Below are positions 26,001-40,090 of a stretch of DNA of 64,000 nt, piece after piece. The position numbers were made by a program, and so were the translations under genes. The DNA is from Podarcis cretensis. Its lineage: Eukaryota. The notes beneath the pieces are model-generated. The model did no database searches. It was given only the letters and a program-made list of their open reading frames with translations, and had not been told where the DNA came from. The stretch lies in contig OX638154.1 of NCBI GenBank assembly GCA_951804945.1, positions 43,772,001 to 43,836,000 of the forward strand, in the 5' to 3' direction. The first letter of the stretch is position 1, and every line of letters starts with the position of its first letter.

Positions 26001-29000
26001 CTTCTGGCCACTCAGCAGTCCGTAAATGCTCAGTCACAGTCTGTTTTTATTTCACTTGTCCCAAAAAAATAAGGGTCTGGGCCAGACTCAGTTGAAACAT
26101 GAGGTATAGGGGATTCAGCTCTCCCAATTGAATTGAGGTACTGGAGTCACATGTTCAGGCTAAACAGAACTGGCACGTTAACTGTGCCGAGAGCACACAG
26201 TCAGCACAACATGTTGAAAAGGTTGCTGGTGAAACTTTAGAACATTGTTCACCGTGCAGACAAATATTAGTGAATATCAGGCAGAACTGAGGGTGAGAGC
26301 AGCCCAGGAACTGAGTGGCACTGGAAGTTCCAAGGGTAGGAGCCTGGAGAAAAACCTGCCCCTTCTTTTCCTCTTCTCCTAACAGAACTGTACTCCCAGC
26401 TTGTAGAACCAACTCCTCTTTTCCAAGAGCATCTTAGTTGTTCTTATGTCTAGGCCACATCTCCTTGGCCCTCCTACCATTGACCTGTCCCTCACCCTGA
26501 CCGAATAACCCTGGGCAATTCCTTTGCCTTGCCTGTTGTCTCCATTGTGGGCTGTGCCAACTGTTCCGTATTGTGGGGAAAGGTAGCGTGGACTATGGTC
26601 ACCCTACAGTGATATGAGCCTTCTTCATGCATGTGTGTGGTTTCTTCTCTTTCCTCAGTATGATTATCTGGGTGACAGGAGGCCTGTCCCTGCAGGAATG
26701 TTCCCCTTCAACTATCCAGCATCCCCTACGGTCCACGACAAAATGGTATGTCCCATTGGCATCCCAGCATTCCACTAGGGATGCTGGGTTTCCTTCCCAA
26801 GGTTGGGATCTAATTCAGAGGTGGGGTGAAGGATGTTATTATGCAATGGGCAATTTCTTCCTGGATATGAAACCACTGTCCTGTAACAGTCATATTCTCT
26901 AGTGTTTCAGCCTACAGGGATATGTTAGCTGTGTGAGACCAGTCTGGATATGTAATGCACCGTGACTATGCAAACTGACAGATAATTCTCTTGAAGACAG
27001 GGCTGCCCTTTTTTGGCGGAGCAAGGAGGGAAATAGGCATGTGATTTATAGAGATAGTGAAACAGCTCCTGTTCACACATTCAGCCCCCAGTTTTTACAT
27101 TCGGTGCTTTGTTAGCATCCTGCAAGAGGAGTAGCATGTAATGTAAAATGGGTCCACCCCCCCCCACAGTTGCCCAGAAGCATCATCCATGTGATTCTCC
27201 TTTTTCTACAATTAATAAATAAAAAGGTGCAATCAGGAGTTAAAGCAGAGGCTTCATTTCACATCACAAGCTACATCTGCATGGCAGAAGGGAAGCCTCC
27301 ATCCTGGCTTGCCCACCATGCCACTGTGGAATATAAACTGAGGCACAGTGCTCATTGCTGCTGCAAGCTTAACTCAAACATTTCCCTTTAGCGATCATGA
27401 GCTGCTGTTCAGAGTTTTGATCTGGCATGTGATTTGAACTTGGTACCATTTTGCTCCCCTAAATCAGGGGTGGGGAACCTGTGGCCTTCCCAATGTTGTG
27501 AGACTCCCATGAACCTCGGCCTTGTGGCCAGTGGCCCAGGGTTGATGGGAGCTTGAGTCCAAACAACTTCTGGAGGACCACAGGTTCCCAATCCCTGTCC
27601 TTAAATGAGCAGCACCTTGCCCGTAGCTATAGTGGCAACCATAATGCAGAAAAGGGCTTTCTGGAAGAGCACATTTTTCCTCCGGGATTCCTCCCCTATT
27701 CCAAGGATGTATTGCTTTGGCAGCCCATAAAGGAGAAGTGAAGAGAGCAAAAACCAGGGCAGCGGCAGCTTCCACTGCCAGAGCTTGCAATCCTTCAGTG
27801 TAGTTTCTGGGACAGTGCAAAATTGGGTGAGCTTGAAAAGGACATGCAGAAAGCCCTGTTCCCTGTTGCTGGCTGTCGTTTCTTTCAATGCTGTATTTTC
27901 CTCACTCCTTCTTGCTTCTCTCTTTTGTTTGGTTATTTGACTGCGGGGGCGGATCCATGTGGTGGGGGCAGAAACCACTGTGAGTGGGACTCTGCCAAGT
28001 GAAACTGCCAACTTCCATTTGCTCCATGCCAAGGTTCTTGACCCTGCCTGACACCTTTCACCTATGAGAGCAACCAGTAATTCCTGGACTGGATTAAGGT
28101 GCCCTGCGGAACAGATTCTAGTTGCACGGACTGTTGCACGCAGCTTCTCCCCTCACTCCCCCTGCCTTCTCACCAGCTATGCACACAAAGCGGATGCATG
28201 TGGCTGAACCAGGAGTGCACTGAGATGATCCTGGTATCACCGAGCACATCATGAACAGTCTCTCTCATAGCAGGTGCTCTGTCCCCATCTCCAGCTGCTT
28301 TGGGGGGGGGGGCAAATATCTGGTGGCAGGACTAGATGTGGAATGCGGGCGCAGGATAGCTCCTTTGAATGAGCAGTGCTAGCAGTCTGGACTCTTTGGC
28401 AATTGCTCGTTGCTGAGCAAGATTGTCTACCCATGAACACAGTCTTAGTAGTGTGTCCGTAGGTGACTGTGAAGGCCAATTCTGGACCCACATGTCCTTC
28501 CACAGTGGGGACATAGGTTTCTGGGCAGGAGTTGATCACATTGAGGATTTGCCAAATGTGCCTTCCTCTTAGCTCGTTTCTTCCCTTTGTCCTGAGTCCG
28601 TGCTTCTTCAAAGTCCCCGATGCCTTTGGTAAAGGCTGTTCTCCAATTGGAGCGCTCCAGCAATCTGGACACATATCTGTTAATTACAGACACAGAGCTC
28701 AGGCTGCCCCGGCCTGATAGTAAAGCTTCTGTGTATTTAGAAAGAGACAAATTGTTTCCAAAGCAGATCAAAATAATTTCTGTCTATATCTGAGAAGTAG
28801 TTTACCTGGGTCAAAAGCACACTGTTGGTGTCACGCTTGCAGAGAATAATGCACAGGAGCACCATTTTTGTAAGGGTTCCTTGGTGTGGTGCTCCTAACT
28901 TTCTTGCCAGGTGAAGAAGCTGTAGGGAGAAGCTGTAGCTATGCTTGCTGTCTCGGGTGATAGCTCAGTCATAGAGCATCTGCTTTGCATGCAGAATGTC

Positions 29001-31208
29001 CTAGATTCAATCCCTGACATCTCCAGGTTGATCTGTGAGGGACCATGTCTGAAATCCTGGAGAGACATTTCCAGTTAGCATAGATGGACTAATGGTCTGG
29101 CTTGGTATATGGCAGCTTCCTGTATGCCTGTAGCTAGAATAGGTAGACCATCCCCAGCTTTTCCAATGGACATCCATGTAGAGGCTGGGTAGAGATTGAG
29201 TAAAATCCAATTTGCATGACCCAAAGTGATGCCCCAGGAATGTAGACTGAGTAAATCTGTGCAGAGTTTGATGTGTGCAGAATCCGCTGTTTGTTTCAGC
29301 ACGCTGCCAGCTTTCAGCTTAGCCAGTTTTTGCTGCACAGTTGTGAAGCCGTTGAAAGGGTTGCTGAGCTTTTGGAAGAGGCCATATGTGTGGAGCCAAT
29401 AGCGCAATCCCTTCTTCCCCTGCAGAACTCTGAATGGATGTGCTGAGCCCACGTTCTCAACATGCCATTTTTGGCATAAAGACTGTAGAGCAGTCACTGT
29501 GGACGAGAGAATTTCCACCTAATCCTAGGCTTTCAAAGCCAGGTGCCTTGCTGGGAAAAATGTGGGAGTGCTAACTGCGGGGACAAACCTATTGGTAGCA
29601 AACTTTGCCTCTGCAGCAGGAGTGAATTAACAATTCTTATAGGCCTATGCCACCAATAAAACAGATTATAATAATGGCTTAGTGGGTATTACGGGTGCTA
29701 CATTGCAATGAAAAGTGAGCCCTGTTTGGAGCAAATATGTGTGGGCTTCAAGTCAGAGGGGGCCTGTGCACCAGCTCCATTTCAGACCTTCCCATGTTGG
29801 CAGGAGGACTATAGCTCAGTGACAGAGCATCTGCTTTGCATGTAGAAGGTCTCAGGTTCAGTCCCCAGCATTTTCAGGTAGGACTGTCTGAAACCCTGCA
29901 GAGCTGTGCCAGGCACAGGTGCTCACTTTAGCACTCATGGCCCAGCATTTTGTTATTATTTTTGTCTCAAACTTTCCCCTTGAAACCCTGCTCCTTAAAA
30001 CTGAGTCAGAGCAAACACCAATTCAGGTTTTCTCTGACTAAGCTTTTTAAAGAGCAGGTTTTTGCAGGGGAAGTTCTGGAGCAGGAACAAAAAGGCACTG
30101 GGACACAGAGCTTTACATCGTGGACCGTGCCTGGAAAGAGCAGAGGAAAGGTGTGTATAAGCCCTGTGCTAGATGGACCTGCAGCCTGACTCAGCAGAAG
30201 GCAGCTTCCTCATCTGGAAGGTCTGAAGAGGAACTCTGAGTGCGTTCAGTTGAACATGCTGAGGATCCTCCTTCACACTGCATGTGGGAAGGTCTGCAGT
30301 GAAGCCAGCGCATGTGGGACTGTTGGAGTGAGGCTTGTGTGTGTGCATGCCCCACCCCACCTTTAGCCCACAAGCGTTCAACCCAGAGACCCTCAAAGGG
30401 CTACATTCCTTACTGTTGGGGGAGAGCATTAATATATTTTACCAGCTTAGTGGCCTACTCCAGTGGCCTGGAGGAAGGTAGCATGGCCCTCTTGTTAATC
30501 CACACCTGTCCAGCAGAAGGCGACACATGGTATGGGGACAGAGCACTGACTATATGAGAAACTGCCAGGATCTCCCATTGAGAGTCCCTCTAAGGCAGCC
30601 TTCCCCAACTGGCTGCCCTTGCAGATGCTGTGGATTACAACTCCCCGTTGTTGCAGTCTGAAACATCTGGAGGGCACCTGACTGGGGAAAGCTCCTCTAG
30701 GGAATATGTCCTGGGCTAAAAGGACCGCTGAGCAGCCATCACTCACCCCACCCACCTACCTCTTTTTGGAAAAAAATGCTTGTGAGGCTGACTGTTCCCT
30801 TTCCTGTCTGGGGAGCTCTGTGCCTCTCTCGAGCTAAGTCGCACCTAACTGCTTTTGCTTCTTCTTTGTTGTTGTTTGTTTTTGTGTTTCCATTTTGCCG
30901 CATGCCTAATGGCTCCTGATAGGATGAACTTTTAGACCTTCAGTTGCAAAGAAACCTAGAGTATTTGGATCAGCAGGTAGGCCAAGCTGGCTGTCTCCCT
31001 CTCACTGCTCCCACCACATTTTTGCCTCTTGTCCTGCAACCCCCGCTGCCCCCTCCCCAGCCGTGCTGTCAGGTCAGTGTTGCCTTTCCCTCTCCCCTTT
31101 ACCCTTCCTGCTCCCCAACATCTGTCCCTCTCCTTCTCTTGGCATTGCGGCAGCACTAGCGGGTCAATGTGGTTTGTTCCTTTCATCTTTCTTGTGGACA
31201 GTGACACA

Positions 31209-31241
<33 letters not shown>

Positions 31242-31732
31242 GGATGAATTGGGGAGGTTGGGGAGGGACAGCTGCTTTGCTTGCTTGGACATCTATGGAT
31301 TCTGCTGCGCTGCAATTGCAGCCATTATTATTGCCGTATTTGGTGACTGTTGTTGGATTTCTGTGCAATTTTCCACACTAGTCTGCAGGATGTAAGCAGG
31401 ATTTAGGGCAGGAATCAACTCTGTTGATAAGAGAGTAATCATGACCCTAGAACTCTGGGTGGCAACCTATGTGTGGGTTTGGTTTTCTTTAATGTGAACT
31501 GTATTTGAATTTAGTTTGCACTCTGCCCACTGATTCATTCCATCCCAAGCAGGGTTATTTTAAATACAACACTCAGCGCTGTCACATCAGCACCCAATGC
31601 TCTCATGCAGTTGCTGGCAAGACCCGCTGGCACCAATGCCTCCTTTGTTCCCTCTCACTCTGGCCATCTTGCCTTCATGTTCCCCCAGCTGCTGGCTTAT
31701 CTGGTGACAGTGGCTTGATCTGGGAAGTTGCG

Positions 31733-31780
<48 letters not shown>

Positions 31781-33806
31781 TCCGACAGTGACATGGAGTG
31801 CCTGATGTAGTGTATGGCCCTAGGGCTTCGTGGGAAATAAAACCGGTAGGTGGCTTTCATTCAAATATGGATCTTGTATCCAAAGAGCTAATGCATTTCA
31901 TGTTCGTGGCAGACGACTAAATATTTCTTAGCATTGGATAAATACTGAAGGAGTAACCTTAGAAAAATGGTATTGAAAATTATGCTTTGTGGCATCTACA
32001 GAATATTAAACTCACCCTTTGAAAGTAATGAGAAGCCGAGACAATACATAATATTTTTCTTTACTATCAGGTATGATTTTTATAAACGTGGATATGGGAA
32101 GATGAGTATCAATACAAAGAAATTGATAATGACAGAAACTTTGAAAAATGCCTGCATTACTGTTGAGCAGTAGATATTTCTCTTTGTATTTGGTTCATTG
32201 GTCATTGTTAAGTGTGCATTGTTAAGGTGTGCCACTGGACGACTGTGAAGCCACTCTGAAAACTGTAGATCCACGAGGGAAATTGGAGTCTCCTGTGGGA
32301 AGTCATGACTGTTTAAAGTGATTGATGTGGCTTTAAGTGTGTAGTGCATATGGGGTCTTAGATTTTGCCTAAGCCATCTAAGTCAGTCCATTACAACATA
32401 TTGTGGCAGTAAACCCCATAGTTTAACTATGAGCTGTGTGAAGAAGTACTTTGGTATGTCCTGGATCTTCCAGTGTTCTGCTTCATTGACTGACCCCAGG
32501 TTCAAGAATGATGAGAGAGGCAGCAAAAAAAAAAAGCCTTCTCTCTATCCACACTATTAAGTTTTATTCTCCTCTGTCATGTTCCCTCTTACTCAATTCC
32601 CCCCCCCCCAACTAAAAAACCCTCCAATTATGTAACTTTTCCTCATAGGGGAGTTTTTTCCAGCTCCAAAATGGAATGGGCAGCATTTCAGAGAAAGCTT
32701 CCTTGTAAGTCCTGGCCTCCCACCTAGCAACCCAAATTTCTCTTCCAGGATCACATAATAACATTTCTCCTCAGTGTATATGCAGCATCCAGATTACGTG
32801 TGACAGGCAGACAAGTTACTGTGTGGTCCACATGCCCATCACAAACTCAACTACCTATGAGGCCAGTGATAAAAACTGCCACTAACAAGAGACCCCCAGA
32901 AAAGTATCCTCCATATGATAGGATGACTCTTAGTCCCACAAAGTATGTGTCCCGCTTTGAGGATTATTTGCCTCTTCCTTAGATTGAAGCTCTTCTTCCC
33001 CAAGACCATGATTCTCCATTATAATGAAAGAGATGGCACTGTGTGAGTGGAATGCCATTATTACGTCTACCAACTGCTCTGGCTCTCTCAGGTCAGATAA
33101 TAGGACCTAAAGGGAACATACTTGTTCCCTGAGGACCAGGAAGTCCTTGCACTGAGCAGACACCCATGACCTCTGTCCAACATGCACATACCGGTAGTTG
33201 CATGTGTGACATTCTGAACATCCCTGCTGGCTTTCTACCTGCATACTTGTTGCAGGATCATAGGATTAGATAAAGAAGGCAGAAGGGGAGGGAGGCATAC
33301 TATCTGATCTTTAGTCCATGTCTGTTCCCAACAAGAGTCTGGCTGATCAGGTGAAAAGGTGCAGATGGCTCAGACCCGGGGGGCGGGCGGGGCGGAGGAT
33401 GTGACCCTGGTGCTTTCAGGTCCCATGGGTGCCTTGGGAGTAAGGCAAGTGAAGGTCCACATGAAACCTTTAAAGCCCTAAACGGCCTCAGTCTTGTATA
33501 CCTGAAGGAGCGTCTCCACCCCCATCTTCCAGCCCAGACACTGAGATCCAGTGCTAAAGGCCTTCTGGCAGTTCCCTCGCTGCAAGAAGTGAGGTTTACA
33601 GGGAACCAGGCAGAGGGCCTTCTTGGTAGTGGCGCCTGCCCTGTGGAACGCCCTCCCAGCAGATGTCAAGGCAATAAACAACTATTTTACTTTTAAAAGA
33701 CAACTGAAGGTGGCCCTGTTTAGGAAATTTTTAAATGTCTGACGCTGTATTGTTTTTAATATTCGGTTGGAAGCCGCCCAGAGTGGGCAGGGTATAAAAT
33801 AACAAT

Positions 33807-33850
<44 letters not shown>

Positions 33851-35250
33851 CCACCTTTTGCCTATGAAACAGTTTGGGAGACTGATAGTAGTTTGTCCAT
33901 GAGTGGAAGTAAGCTCATGAGTTTTTGTGAAATTTCATTTGTTGGAATATGAGATCATCTGTATGTGTCTGTGAATATATCAAGTTTGCATATGGAGCCT
34001 TCCCAACCTGGTGCTCTGCAGATGTTTTGGCTGGGGCTGAATGGGAGTTGTAGTCCAAACCAGCTGAAGATCAGCAGGTTGGGGAAAGCTGGTATATGAC
34101 ATTGCATACAAACTCAGCTATCTGACTCATTTAACTTTATCCAGCTTTTGGATAGTCAAAATTGGGTTACAGTTTGGGAAAGAACAGACCAGGGTGTTTA
34201 AAAAAAAAATTAAAATAAAATCATTCAGGTCAGGTACTTCACGTTTAAAAAACAGGGACAAAACAGATGCTTAATCTGAGGTATTGAATAACTAAGCATC
34301 AGATATCTAACATATATGTATTTTGTGTGTAAGAATGTTTAAGTATGTAAAGGTGTGCTAACCAGAAAGAATGGTTCAGTGTGCATGTGAAATGCGTGGG
34401 GTGGGGGCAGAAATCAATAATATAAAACCAGTTTTTACCATAATGGTTTTGTTAAAAAACAACAAACCCATGAATATAAAGCAGCTCAGTATACTGTGAT
34501 AATTCAAATACCAAGCAACTAACCCAAACAGCCTTCCCCACAAGCTTTGCCTTGAGCTGAAACAATCTTTCATGTACATTTTGTCATGTTACGGGACACT
34601 TGCTGACCTACCCTTAGAGAAACAGGGAAAGAAACCCCTTTTGGGAAAACATCAGCAGAGGAGATTAAGTTGGATTTTTTAATATATATAAAAAAATGAA
34701 ATCTCATTGCAAGTGCTGATGGATGTCTGATGCTGGCCTGAAAAAGTCTGCATTTCAATAAGCAAGCCTGCTCCAGAGACAATCTCATTACAGCTTTGGA
34801 GTCAGTAAATCCCCCATCAGTAGAGTAATCATGAAGATGTGCTTGTGTCTGTGTTGGACTGAAGCCACTGAGGAGGAGGCGGCACTTAAAAGTGCTCTGG
34901 GTTGGGCAGCCGTTATTGATAGTAGGCTTTTCTCCCTATAAAAAAGGATTCTTCAAGGCTTTCCATTTCTTTCTGTTCCCCTTCTGACCCACAGAGAAAG
35001 ACTGATTTAAAACAGCACAATGAAATGCAACATCAGAGCCCTATTTGTTTGTTATGCCCTGGTGCCTTCTGTTTGAAAGTGCATTTTGTGTGCGTGTGTT
35101 TAGAGAGAGCTATAGCACCATCAGCTTCACTTGACTAATGGAGAAGTATGTGAGCCAAATATCATCTGACTCTTGGGATTTTTGTTTAAGCAACTGTTTT
35201 ATTATTATTACTCCATTCCATAAAACCTTATGGAGTTGGAAGGAATTGCA

Positions 35251-35339
<89 letters not shown>

Positions 35340-38300
35340 TTCAGGCACTTCTTCCAGAATCCCCCTTCTTCCAGAATCAATCTGTGTAACCTAGGCTACA
35401 GTGTGCTCTGAGCATGAAGGGGATGCACAGTGGAAGGAACTCTTCAAATCAATCAGCTCCAGATGATTCAAGCAAACAAAGGCACGAAAACCAAACAAAC
35501 CATGGATCATTAGCTAGTGTGGAGTAGCCCTGGAGGGAGGGATTTATTATCAAGCCCAGATACAACAACCAGTGAGATTTTGTGCATGGACAAAATCTCA
35601 GGCAAAGGCCGGTCCACTGGATCAGCTGCCTCCTCCTTAGTTTGAGCATCACCAATCTGGCTCTGCCTGCTGGTGTCTCTGGCTGCACCTACTGTTGGTC
35701 TCCTTGTCTTGGTCCCTACTAGTCCTAATGGGCACCAGCCTCCATTGGATAAAACCCATCCCTCCACTTCAAGTGTATCCTAATGAGGAAACTATAAATC
35801 CTCCTCTGCCAGTCTTAAAATCCTGAAAAAGGGAGCAAAGCTGATTCCCACCAGGAGCTAGAGGAGCTTATAGAGACTGGCTCAACCAGGAGCTAGAGGA
35901 GCTTATAGAGACTGGGAAGAGAGAAGAGGAGGGACCTCTGGTCATCAAAGAAAGTGCTCCTGTTTAATAAGCAGAAGTAGCTGTTTACTCAGTAAGCCCC
36001 CGCCCCCAGGTTGGTGGTCTTTTTGTAGGTGCATTCTGCAAAGTGTTCTCAACACAATAATCGTGCATTACCGACAAATTTATTCCGCTTTCATTTGTTC
36101 TTTGACGCTGCCCCCGTGCTACTACTTTATTGCTATCTGGAAGAGCTATAGGGCAACAAAAGCAGGAGAAAAATGAAGCAGGGTGTTTGTGGTATAACAA
36201 GTCGCAGGATTTCAGTGGGAAATTACAGCATATGCACTGATCAGAAATGATGCAGGTGGACTGCCACAACACTTCTGCAGGCACAAACAGTGTTGAAAGT
36301 GGGACAGTGGTATCATTATGATTTTGCTTATTCATTACGTTTGCATCCCACCTTTCCTCCAATAAACTCAAGGTGGTGTATATAGTACTCCTCCTCCTTG
36401 TTTTATCCTCACAACAACCCTGCAAGGTAGATGAGGCTGAGAATGAGTAACTGGCCCAAGGTCTCCCAGTGAGCTTCATGGCCAGGTGGGGATTTGAACC
36501 CTGTTCTCCCAGGTCCTGGTCCAACACCTTAACCACCACACCACACTGGCTCTCATTTGTGCTCTTAGGAGCACAAATCATCATGAATGTGCAGTATGTA
36601 TGTCTGGCAGGACCTGAAGTGAGGTACTAAGCCTCACTGGGATTTCAAAGCAGGCAGAGGGAGGCCCAAACATATCTTCACTCAAAGTCTGCCTTTTGTA
36701 TCAACAAGGTAAATCTTGTAAGTACAGCTCCACCCCATCCATCATCCTATTGTTAAAGGCTGAAACTGATATGACGTGGGAGATCCATGATCAGATTTCC
36801 TGATCTATATATAAAATATCTCCCTTTAAATCATTTGTGGGTGGCTGTTTGGTAGGAGCAGTAGTACTGAGGGAGGGGGTGTTTAAACTTTTGATCTAAA
36901 TCCCCCCGCCAAGCTGTTATTATTATGTCCCAAAATACAGCTTTGGATGGGTGTGTGATTAGGGAAATTGCATGGGGGTTGGGGGTTTAGGGGTTTAGGA
37001 TGAAACATTATTTCCCCAGCACTGCTACTCCCCTGTGATGTGAATGGGCTAAGCAGAGGGTGTTATATATGATACACCTGTGTGATATGCCTCTTTGGGA
37101 ACTGTAGGGTGATGTTTTGCCCCAATCATTTCTTTTTAAAGTTTCATTGGCAAGCCCATTTGCATGGGAAAGGAGCAACTCCAGAAAAGTACATGGAGGA
37201 TTTCCTCCAGATGCAAATGGTAGTTAGATGAGTGTGTGTGAGAGAGTATCAAAACCATGTTTTGTTTGGAACTATGAGGGAAGAAGGAGGAGGACTCAAT
37301 TCTTCCTCCCTGCACCCCTGTAGTGGTATTCAGGCTTCATTTCTTCATGATGCACCAAGTGCACATTAAATGCAGCCATGCAACTAGCATCACATCTTGT
37401 TTAGCCCAGTAATCACTCTGAACATTGATGTGCTTGTCAGTCCCGTGGACTTCCTTTGGGTGTGTCTTTGCCTTGTGACATCTGTTCTGAGGCACCAGTC
37501 TAGGTCTTTTCAGATTTATATGTTAGCGCTCACATGTGTTCAAGGCTGAGCTGCAGTGGCTGTCCCTCCTCTAGCATCTTGACGTTTTTTCTTCCTTGTC
37601 TGCCGCAGATGAGCGAGAGCGAGACTTTGATCAGTATGGTGAACAGAATGGTGGAGAGCTCTTCCCCTAGGGCTCAACTGTACATGCAAGTAAGACATCA
37701 CAGCAGCTCTGCCATCAACCATGCCATTCCAGCTGCTTTTGCATGGCAGAACCATTCCCTAGTGTCACCCTTCTGCACCTCACATCCGCATCCATTTGTG
37801 AGATGCCCATTCAACATCTCATTCTACAAACGGCATTTATACATGGAGCCCAGTGAGGCACCTGTGCCCCTGCCTGACAGTGATCCTAATTCCCTGAAGC
37901 ATTTTAAGTCACTCAAAATCCACATCTTAACCCACAGGTTGGAGGCAGATGGGACCCTCAACATTTGTGGATCTTAGTCTCAGCTGCATCAACAGCTCTG
38001 TGCCACCTTATGCCAACCTTTCTCTCTCTCTGTTCTCTGTAGATAAGATAATAAATGCATATATGGCTTAGGTTAAAACCTGAAACTTTCAGTTATGAAC
38101 TGCTTGCCATGGCTTTTGGGGCTGGAGAAAAAAGCCTATCAATGGTTTGTGGGGGTGGGGGAAGACAAATTTTCCTCTTTCCTTTCTGGTATTACTTCCA
38201 GTGCACCACTGGAAAATGGTTGGGTATTAACATTAGCATATGTGAGCCAAGACGCTGAAGCAAACCCTGTTTTTAGCGCTGATGCTTAGCATTGGAATTT

Positions 38301-40031
38301 GTGAAGTGGGACACTTAAGTTTGCATTGGTATCTCTTGCTAAGGTTAGAGAGTCCTCTACCTTTTGCCCACACCCTTGTCCCAAAATAGTTTACTATAAA
38401 AATCTATGTGGATATGCTAGGATATAGAACAGGCTCTATCTAGGCTCCTACCCAAGGAACATATCTGTGCATCAGATCTAGGGGGGTGCACCCTCCACAG
38501 TGGGAACGTCTACTGGGAAGCAGAATGATCAGCTTCTGTGCTTAATTTTATTAAAGGGTCATCAGTACCAAGCCCTGGAATTTAATTCAGAAATCAGTGT
38601 TGAGCTTCAGAAACCACTTGTTGTAATTATTTGTATGTTTTAAACAGAGTTTATATATGTATATAGTTTTAATTCTATTAATTATCTAATTGTTTTTTAA
38701 ATTATTGTCCCCCCCCCTCTAACTTTTAGCAGTTCTTGTTTTTATCTGTAAGCCACCTTGAGTCCTGTCAGGGATAAAGGTGGGGTATAAAATAGATAAT
38801 GATAATAATAACAGTCACAGCCTTCCATATCAAGTGCTAGGTGTATCTATTTTTGTCAGATCCCCATGTTAGCCAGAGAAGATAATGTCTCTGAGCCATG
38901 TGGTGAGCGCCACTGGGACCAGTTCAATTGCATGTAGTCAGGATTATCAGTGTTCAGAAACTTCTTCTTCCTGGCAGGATTGGAATTCTTCATTTGTCCC
39001 GTTAAGCAATACAATTGGTGATATCATCATAAAAGCTGCATCTCATTGCCGTTGCAACAAGCCAACCACCATCCATTTATATCTCTAAAGCTTCAGTCAT
39101 CATTTGGTCACCTTTATCACCAAAATGTACTTTCTGATGCGTTTGCCACTCTTTATATTGTCCAGGCAGACTGTAGCAGAACAGGCTAATGATCACTGGG
39201 TAGATGAGATCCTTGACTGAGTTTGGGGATGGGTTCAGCACTGCATTAACTGAATTTGAAAACAGAATGACATGTTTGATGAGACATTGTACCTCCTATC
39301 TCCTGCTTTGTTCACAGCACTGTGCCAAATTGCCCCAGAGAGTAAGGATATTCTGACAGAAGAGTGCCACATAGCTAGAATTTGTCTAACTCCAGCTCCA
39401 CCTGGGGGTGGTTTTCACCCCCTGAGAGAACATTCTAACACAGTTTCACATTGGTGCCTTGTGAAGAGTAGTGACTTGCACTTCTTACACATAGGAGCCA
39501 ACTCCTAGGGACCAAGGTCCCTTCAGCCCCTCACCCAATAATTTATTTTTTTTACCCAATAAAATATTTGAGGGGGTCTGCTCACCCCTCCAAGTTGATG
39601 GGCATTTCCATTCAAGTGGTGTGCAAGTGCCACACCTGGTGATGAATTAAGTGTAGCAGGGCTTACCCGCCTGTGCTCCCAATATTTTATTCAAGTTGGC
39701 GCTGCTGTCTTTCCATACTGATTATCAGGGTACATATAAATATGTGATTAGTACAGGTAAGGGATAGCTGGAACTGACATGAAATCTATGCTTTCCTTTG
39801 TTGTTTCATAGGATCTGTTCAGTCTTATCGTTCCTCTCAGTAAAATTGTGTCCCTACAGCATTGTGCCAAGTAATATAAAGTGGTCACTTACTGGGCAGA
39901 GCTTTAGCACCACTCAGGGCAAAACAGTGATCTTAAAATTATAAAATCAGGCACTGAAGATACTCAGATAATTACCATTCTACTTTCTTGCAGGCTGTGT
40001 AGCCTAGCATAACCAAGCCCCTCCCTCTCTC

Positions 40032-40090
<59 letters not shown>

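Noticed and set aside
28445-28771. Possible host zinc-finger gene
   Set aside because: The single C2H2 finger is the RTE LINE ORF end, bounded by a TSD.
35850-35915. CRISPR-like repeat-spacer-repeat
   Set aside because: Eukaryotic intron, only two units, a 4-nt spacer and no cas genes.
35985-36584. 199-aa minus-strand ORF
   Set aside because: It runs through a Squam3-like SINE and ordinary intron sequence, with no domain or splice support.
36962-36999. Telomere-like tttagggg repeats or G-quadruplex
   Set aside because: Only two imperfect units and not TTAGGG; no evidence of an interstitial telomere.
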